A DNA stretch of 64,000 nt from an uncultured Acidobacteriota bacterium. Its GTDB lineage: Bacteria > Acidobacteriota > UBA6911. A program made the translations under genes and the position numbers. The notes beneath the pieces are model-generated. The model did not search any database. It saw only the letters and a list, made by a program, of their open reading frames with translations, and was not told the origin of the DNA. Shown piece by piece: positions 58,307 through 64,000 of this stretch; within the stretch, counting starts at the first letter, position 1; the number at the start of each line of letters is the position of its first letter. The stretch spans positions 64,001 to 128,000 of the forward strand of contig CAWHCF010000014.1 of the NCBI GenBank assembly GCA_963827655.1, written 5' to 3'.

Positions 58307-60823
58307 CTATCGGAGGGTCACGAAGAAAGGGCTTCCCCAAGCCATCTCGGGATCCCGCTCAGGCGCCTCGACATCCTTCTGAATGACCCGGACGTAATAG
58401 TAATGTTTTCCCGAAGGCGCTTCCGTATCCTGGTAGCTTCCGCGAAATTCCCTGCCCTTCCCCGGCACCGTGTAGACCACTTTGCCATCGCGCACCAGGT
58501 CGACGCGCACGAGATCGTTGCGCGCCCGCACAAAAATCTTCAGGCTCGGCTTCGCCGTCAGCTCGAATTCCTCTCCCATCGCGTGGTCGTTCATCGAGGC
58601 ATCCAGAATAATGTCGTCGGAAGCGGCAAAGGTCCGTCGTGCCAGCATCGCGTCGATGATTCCGCCGCGCGTCGCTTCTTTCACGTAGACACAGGCGTAG
58701 GAATTATGCGTGGAGAAGTGATCCGAGCTCGCGATGAACCCGTATCGATATCCTTTGTTGAGGGCGTCCTGGGCGAAGGTTCCCGACTCTTTCAGCTGCG
58801 ACTGTCCCCGTTTTTCACCCTGAACGGCTTCAGCCGTTTCGTACGAGCTGCGCGCCCCCTGATAGATTTCAAGCACCGGTTCGAACGCCGGATTCTCCCA
58901 ATCCCAGCGGCCGATCGACTGCGTGGTTTCGGCGAATGTGTGCGGGATGATTACAGCTTTTTGCGCCGAACCATTTCTGAGTACGCCGCGCATCCACTCC
59001 CACAAGCGCTCCGGCAGATTATCCTCCTTCACCCGCTCGCGATCCACCAGGCGCAACGGCGCGCCGCGCCGGAGAAAAACGATGTTGCGATGACCGCTCG
59101 GCGTCGCGAGGGAATGCTCGTACGCATACATGCCGTTGAAGGCCGGAGGATTCGAAAACATGTCCGCAGCCTTTTGAGTCCACCACCATTGATAGTCCCT
59201 CAGTCCGTCGGGCCAGCGGCCCCCGGTCGCCTGGTTATGATCGGTGGTACCGAGAAAATCCAGCTCGGCGGCGTCGAGGGCGTACCGGTAGGTGTCAAGA
59301 ATTGATCCGTCGACGCCATTGTGTCCGCGAATGTCGGTATGCCGGTGAAGATCGCCATACAGGAGCTGGTAGCGCTGCCCCCCTATGTTAGTACTGTAGC
59401 GCGAGCGCGGCACGGCGGCAGGGCGCTCCTTTTCCGGCACGACGGTCTGAAGCGCGGGGCCAGGCGCCGCCGGGCCAGGCGGAAGCGACGCACTGTAGAT
59501 CCGATAGGTGCGCGCTTTTTCCGATGAGGGAGATTGCTGAGGTTGGTCGCGGCCATCGCTGGAATAGACTACCTGAACCGTGCCGTCTTTCCCCAGCGCG
59601 ACCGCCGCGCGCTGGGAGTTCTGGCCCGCGCTGTTTTGGAGCTGAGCCGGAGCCGTCCAGCCATTTCCATTCCAGCGAGTGGCGTAGAAGTGGTAGATCT
59701 CGCTGGGTGCCGCGCTGGTCCAGTGGCGGAAAACCAGCACGGGCCGGTCATTCCCATCAAATGCCAGAAGCGGGAGTTCGGCGAAGCGCTCCATGCGGCC
59801 GGTCAGAACAGTCGAGACCGCGCTGGCCGGCTCCGCCAGCCCGTCACGCGAGTGAATCCGAATTCCGATCCTGCGTGACTGATGCAATCCTCCGCTTCCA
59901 GGGGCCGCAGTCTTGCTGCCTTGCGAGAAGTCCTTGCCCCAATTCTCGCCGGCAATATCGTAGACCACCCAGAGCCTGCCCTGCGAGTCGCAGGCGGCAG
60001 AGGCATGAAATTCGGCCTGGAGCGAATCGGCCACCGGCACAACCGGGCCCAGCTTTCCCCGGTCGAGGCTGCGCGCGTAGACGTTGTAATCGCCCGTCTG
60101 GTACGAATCCCAGGCGATGTAGACCATACCGCCGGAGTCAACCGCCAGGGCCGGCTCCCAATCGTTGGCGTCGCTGGACGAGACCCGGATGTCGCTGCTC
60201 CACTGGTCCCCTTTCAGCTGGCGCGCAAGAATATCCGATTTCCCGTTTCGGAATGCCTGCCAGGCCAACGTGATCGTTCCCGCGCGATCCGCGATCAGCC
60301 TGGGATTGACATCGGACCCTGCTGCGTTCGTCAAACGCCGGGGCGTCCCGGCTTTCCCGTCAGGCTCAATCCAGGCCGCGTAAACCTCCCAGTCTTCACC
60401 GGCGCGCCCTGACCAGGCACAAAGAAGACGTTCTCCGCGGGCGGCCATGACGGGGCCGTGGTGAGCCGCATTCCCATCGTTCACGATAATCGAGGGACGA
60501 CTCCGCTCCCACCTCGGGTTGCGAACGACCACCCGGTCGGAATCTCTGCCATCCCATTCCACCCACGAAGCCCAGAGCTCTCCGGCAGCCGTGGACACCA
60601 GCGATGGGAAGTCGGATTGATCCTCCGTGATCGAGACCTGACTGGACGCGATCACCGGATACTGTCTCTGTTCGGCCGCCGGGGTGGCTTGTCGTGGCTG
60701 CTGAACGGCCTCCACCTCCGCAGCCTGATCGCGCTTGATGGCACTCGAACTATTGTGCGACAGAAGCTGCCAGCCGGCACTCAGGATCAACAGCACAAAG
60801 GCGAACACGACACGTCCAAGCAT
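58307..60823 (-). CDS. Secreted beta-propeller + PHP-like metallohydrolase (DUF3604/CehA-McbA-like)
   Basis: Signal peptide; YGDLHRHT, LDFLGTTDH, GHRNIVF, IIPH and GFIASSDH. Confidence 0.8.
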   Translation of the reverse strand: MLGRVVFAFVLLILSAGWQLLSHNSSSAIKRDQAAEVEAVQQPRQATPAAEQRQYPVIASSQVSITEDQSDFPSLVSTAAGELWASWVEWDGRDSDRVVVRNPRWERSRPSIIVNDGNAAHHGPVMAARGERLLCAWSGRAGEDWEVYAAWIEPDGKAGTPRRLTNAAGSDVNPRLIADRAGTITLAWQAFRNGKSDILARQLKGDQWSSDIRVSSSDANDWEPALAVDSGGMVYIAWDSYQTGDYNVYARSLDRGKLGPVVPVADSLQAEFHASAACDSQGRLWVVYDIAGENWGKDFSQGSKTAAPGSGGLHQSRRIGIRIHSRDGLAEPASAVSTVLTGRMERFAELPLLAFDGNDRPVLVFRHWTSAAPSEIYHFYATRWNGNGWTAPAQLQNSAGQNSQRAAVALGKDGTVQVVYSSDGRDQPQQSPSSEKARTYRIYSASLPPGPAAPGPALQTVVPEKERPAAVPRSRYSTNIGGQRYQLLYGDLHRHTDIRGHNGVDGSILDTYRYALDAAELDFLGTTDHNQATGGRWPDGLRDYQWWWTQKAADMFSNPPAFNGMYAYEHSLATPSGHRNIVFLRRGAPLRLVDRERVKEDNLPERLWEWMRGVLRNGSAQKAVIIPHTFAETTQSIGRWDWENPAFEPVLEIYQGARSSYETAEAVQGEKRGQSQLKESGTFAQDALNKGYRYGFIASSDHFSTHNSYACVYVKEATRGGIIDAMLARRTFAASDDIILDASMNDHAMGEEFELTAKPSLKIFVRARNDLVRVDLVRDGKVVYTVPGKGREFRGSYQDTEAPSGKHYYYVRVIQKDVEAPERDPEMAWGSPFFVTLR

Positions 60824-60950
60824 AGGAGTTCCTCCTTAGTTCAGCGAGTCACAATTACGCTAACTGTATTTGGATCGGCGCATGTCCACTCGCCCTAGCA
60901 CGTGAAACACCAAGGTCTGCACTGAATTATGCGGCCCTTAGCGGTGAACC

Positions 60951-62137
60951 TTATCTCGAATCGCCTGGGCTAAGCTTGATGAGCGCTCGCGCGCCGGCGC
61001 GAAGACCGTCGAGCGTGAGCTCGTACATCGGAAAGATCCGGCGAATAGCCTCCGTCGTCGGAATGGAGTTCCACCATCTCTTCGGCTCGGGGTTCAGCCA
61101 GATGGCTTTCTTGAACCGCTTGCGGATATCCTGCAGCCATTCAATGCCGGGACGATCGTTCCGATACCAGTAATCGATGGCCCCATTGGGCGACATCAAC
61201 TCGCTCGGGGCCATGTAGGCGTCCCCCACGAGAAGCACCTTATAGCTGCGGTCCGTTTGCTCCAGTACCCGGCGGGTTGGAATGCTCTTGCGCTGCCCGA
61301 TGTCGGTATACAGGTCCTGGTAAATGCAGTTGTGGAAATAGTAGAACTTCAGCTCGCGCACGATGTCTCTGGCAGCCGAAAACAACCGGCTCACGATTTC
61401 CGCGTGAGGCGTCATGGTTCCTCCCGCGTCCATTAACAACAGCAGCTTGATTTTCTTCTTTCGGGTGCGATCCCAGACGAACTCCAGTTCTCCGGCGTTC
61501 CGGCTCGTGGCATCAATCGTACGGTCCAGATCCAGCTGGTCCTTGGGCCCGTCCCGAACCATCTGGCGAAGGTAGCTGAGGGCCATTTTCAAGGAGCGAG
61601 TGTCGAGCAGGATATCGTCGCGGTAGTTCTCGAACGCGCGCCGCTCGGCGATTTTGACGGCGCTGCCCATCCGCCCCGCTCCCTGGCCCAGCCGCACCGC
61701 GGCAGGATTGAATCCGCCCGCCCCCTGGGTCGACTTGCCCCGCACGCCGATAGCCCGGTTCCCCCCTTCGTGCCGGGCGAAGTTCCTGCCCCGCAGCTGC
61801 TCGAGGAAATTGGCCTCGATCTGCGCCAGCTCCAACTTCTCGACCAGCGCCTTCTCCTCTTCCGTCAGTTCCAGGGGAGGAAGCCTCAGCATCTCGGCCT
61901 CGACAAGTTTGACCAGTTCCTCGGTCGATTCGATGTGACGGAAACACTCGAGGAAAGCCCGGTCATACTGTCGAAATGGGCCTCACTCTTGACCAGGATG
62001 GACCGCGCCAGGTAATAGAACCGGACCAGTGAGCTATCCGCCAGATTCTCGGATAGCGCGCGCTGCAGCAGCAGCCACTCATTGAAGGTGACGGGAACGC
62101 CGTGCTTGCGCAAGGCCCGGAAGAGATTGATGAACAT
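60951..62137 (-). CDS. CoxE-like VWA-domain protein; apparent frameshifts near 61970 and 61935
   Basis: MFINLFRALRKHGVPVTFNEW...VKSEAHFD, LDLDRTIDAT, LLMDAGGTM, YFHNCIY and WLNP. Confidence 0.88.
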
Positions 62138-62216
62138 CACACGCCCCTGAATTGCCGGCTGCAGTGGGACGAACCGCTTTCTTGGAGTCTTCGCGGCTTC
62201 GCGGTAAAAATCGAAT

Positions 62217-63020
62217 TCAATGGACGGCGAATTTATCCACGTCCTCTTCCATTTTCAGCAGCACGCCGAGGAAGGGCAGCCGGCGGTTGAGTTCCTCTTC
62301 GGTAATGCCCGCCGCGGTCACGGCCTGGATCCAGTCGAGCAGCTCGCTGGTCGACGGTCGTTTCTTCAAGTCGTGTTTCTGACGGACAAAATAGAATCGG
62401 GCAATGATCTGCGAAATGAGGGTATGGCGCAGTCCGGGGAAGTGTACGTCGGCAATCCGCTGCATCATGGCAGGATCGGGAAACTCGATGTAGTGGAAGA
62501 GGCAGCGGCGCAGGAACGCGTCCGGCAATTCCTTCTCGCTGTTGCTGGTGATCACTACGATGGGGCGGCGCTTCGCCTTGAAGTGATCCCCGGTCTCGAT
62601 AATGTCGAAGCTCATCTGATCCAGCTCGTACAGCAGATCGTTGGGAAACTCCAGGTCGGCTTTGTCGATCTCGTCAATGAGCAGCACGACCTGGTTTTCA
62701 GACCTCAGGGCCCGCCCGAGTTTTCCCAGCCTGATGTATTGCCTGATATCGGAGACATCCTTATCGTGAAATCGGGAGTCATTCAATCGCTGCACCGTGT
62801 CGTACACGTACAATCCCTCGCTGGCCTTGGACGTCGACTTGATATTCCAGGTAATGAGCTCCAACCCGAGATCGTCCGCAATGACGCGCGCCAGCTCAGT
62901 CTTGCCGGTACCGGGCTCTCCCTTCAGAAGCAACGGGCGCTGAAGGACGATGGCGGCATTCACGATCTCCCGCAAAGCGTCGCTGAGGATATAGGTATCT
63001 GTCCCTTTGAATCGTTCCAT
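62217..63020 (-). CDS. MoxR-family AAA+ ATPase
   Basis: GEPGTGKT, LLIDEIDKAD and KELPDAFLRRC. Confidence 0.95.
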   Translation of the reverse strand: MERFKGTDTYILSDALREIVNAAIVLQRPLLLKGEPGTGKTELARVIADDLGLELITWNIKSTSKASEGLYVYDTVQRLNDSRFHDKDVSDIRQYIRLGKLGRALRSENQVVLLIDEIDKADLEFPNDLLYELDQMSFDIIETGDHFKAKRRPIVVITSNSEKELPDAFLRRCLFHYIEFPDPAMMQRIADVHFPGLRHTLISQIIARFYFVRQKHDLKKRPSTSELLDWIQAVTAAGITEEELNRRLPFLGVLLKMEEDVDKFAVH

Positions 63021-63982
63021 AAAGTCTTAACCGGACGTCTCGCGCTTTTTCCCGGCACGCACCATCCGCCCCGCTTTATCCGGAAAACCCGGGAACCGGT
63101 GTGGGAGCTCCCTTTGGCAAGCGCGGCGCGGCGAAGGATGCGATCGGCCGCCGCGCGATGAGGGTTATCGATAAGCTGACCATCGAGCGTCGAGAGCGCG
63201 CGCCCGCGCGTCTCGGCCTGGTTCAATTCCGCGACGACTTTTTCGGCCCAGGCGATCTCGTCTGAAGTCACATCAAAAATCTCGTTAATGACTTCGAGCT
63301 GCGCCGGGTGAAGCGCATTCTTGCCGTCGAATCCGATCCGGCGCGCCTGCGTTGCTTCCCGCCGGAGCCGCTCCTGGTCGCGCAGCTCAAAGCAGGGCGC
63401 GTCGATAGCTTCGATGCCGGCGGCGCGAGCCGCAATGACAATCTGCTCGAGCGCCAGCAGGAGTTCCACGCGATCCTCGCCCGGATGACAGCGCACATCC
63501 TTGATGTAGTCGGCCGAACCGAAGATGAGAGTGGCCAGGCGCGGCGAAGCCGCGGCGATGGCGGGCGCTTGAAGCAGTCCGCGAGCGGACTCGATCATCG
63601 CGTGGAATCTCAGTTCTCCTTCGTCAATACCGTAGCCTTGTTCCAGTTCCAGAACCGCGATGTCGGCCGCGCAAATCTCGGCCGCCGACTCCACCTTGGG
63701 AAGGCAAATTCCATCGGGACGGCACGGCACGATGGCGGCGAGATCCTTCCGGCCGATTTCGGAATCGATCGAGTTGATTCGCACCACGATCTCTTTCGAA
63801 CCGAATTCCAGGTTCCGGAGCGATTGCGCCACATTTTCGCGCGCCTCATCCTTTTTCGTCAACGCGACCCCGTCCTCGAGGTTGAGCAGGAGCAGGTCGG
63901 CTGCGGTTGCCGCCGCCTTGCGCAGCATCTTCTCGCTGTCTCCAGGGACGTAGAGCGAGCTGCGGCGGAGTCCGGTGATCAT
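62960..63982 (-). CDS. citE: CitE/HpcH-family CoA ester lyase; true C-terminus uncertain
   Basis: RSSLYVPG, LEDGV, VRIN, LPKVES, MIES and GFDGKNALHP. The ORF reads into moxR, so a stop may have been lost. Confidence 0.85.
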   Translation of the reverse strand: MITGLRRSSLYVPGDSEKMLRKAAATAADLLLLNLEDGVALTKKDEARENVAQSLRNLEFGSKEIVVRINSIDSEIGRKDLAAIVPCRPDGICLPKVESAAEICAADIAVLELEQGYGIDEGELRFHAMIESARGLLQAPAIAAASPRLATLIFGSADYIKDVRCHPGEDRVELLLALEQIVIAARAAGIEAIDAPCFELRDQERLRREATQARRIGFDGKNALHPAQLEVINEIFDVTSDEIAWAEKVVAELNQAETRGRALSTLDGQLIDNPHRAAADRILRRAALAKGSSHTGSRVFRIKRGGWCVPGKSARRPVKTLWNDSKGQIPISSATLCGRS

Positions 63983-64000
63983 GCCATTTGGTCCTCGACG

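Noticed and set aside
60951-63020. MoxR + CoxE-like VWA as part of a CO dehydrogenase cluster
   Set aside because: No coxMSL genes are nearby, and this stand-alone pair is common.

Overview
GC-rich bacterial chromosomal window, most likely from an Acidobacteriota-like genome. The inference rests on the PadR + ADOP-type permease pair, the DUF1549/DUF1553 + DUF1501 pair, bshC and a carboxypeptidase-domain TonB receptor. It holds about 50 mostly metabolic and transport genes and two type II toxin-antitoxin pairs. At least nine genes carry single-base frameshifts, which suggests long-read indel error. The strongest signal is a candidate ANTAR antitermination system: two tandem dual-hexaloop hairpin/intrinsic terminator modules (58078-58233) lie in the leader of an outer-membrane porin gene, about 3 kb from a GAF-GAF-ANTAR gene. 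Other notable items are (1) an operon with a His-rich P1B-type ATPase fused to an HflK/SPFH domain, followed by hflC, a second His-rich hflK and a small membrane protein; (2) an Old Yellow Enzyme + RoxA/MauG-like diheme cytochrome + membrane protein operon; (3) a chimeric remnant that looks like deletion of an ATP-grasp operon; (4) several families of short-tandem and palindromic intergenic repeats; and (5) clear operator/promoter patterns for PadR and both TA loci. I saw no rRNA, tRNA, CRISPR array or transposase.
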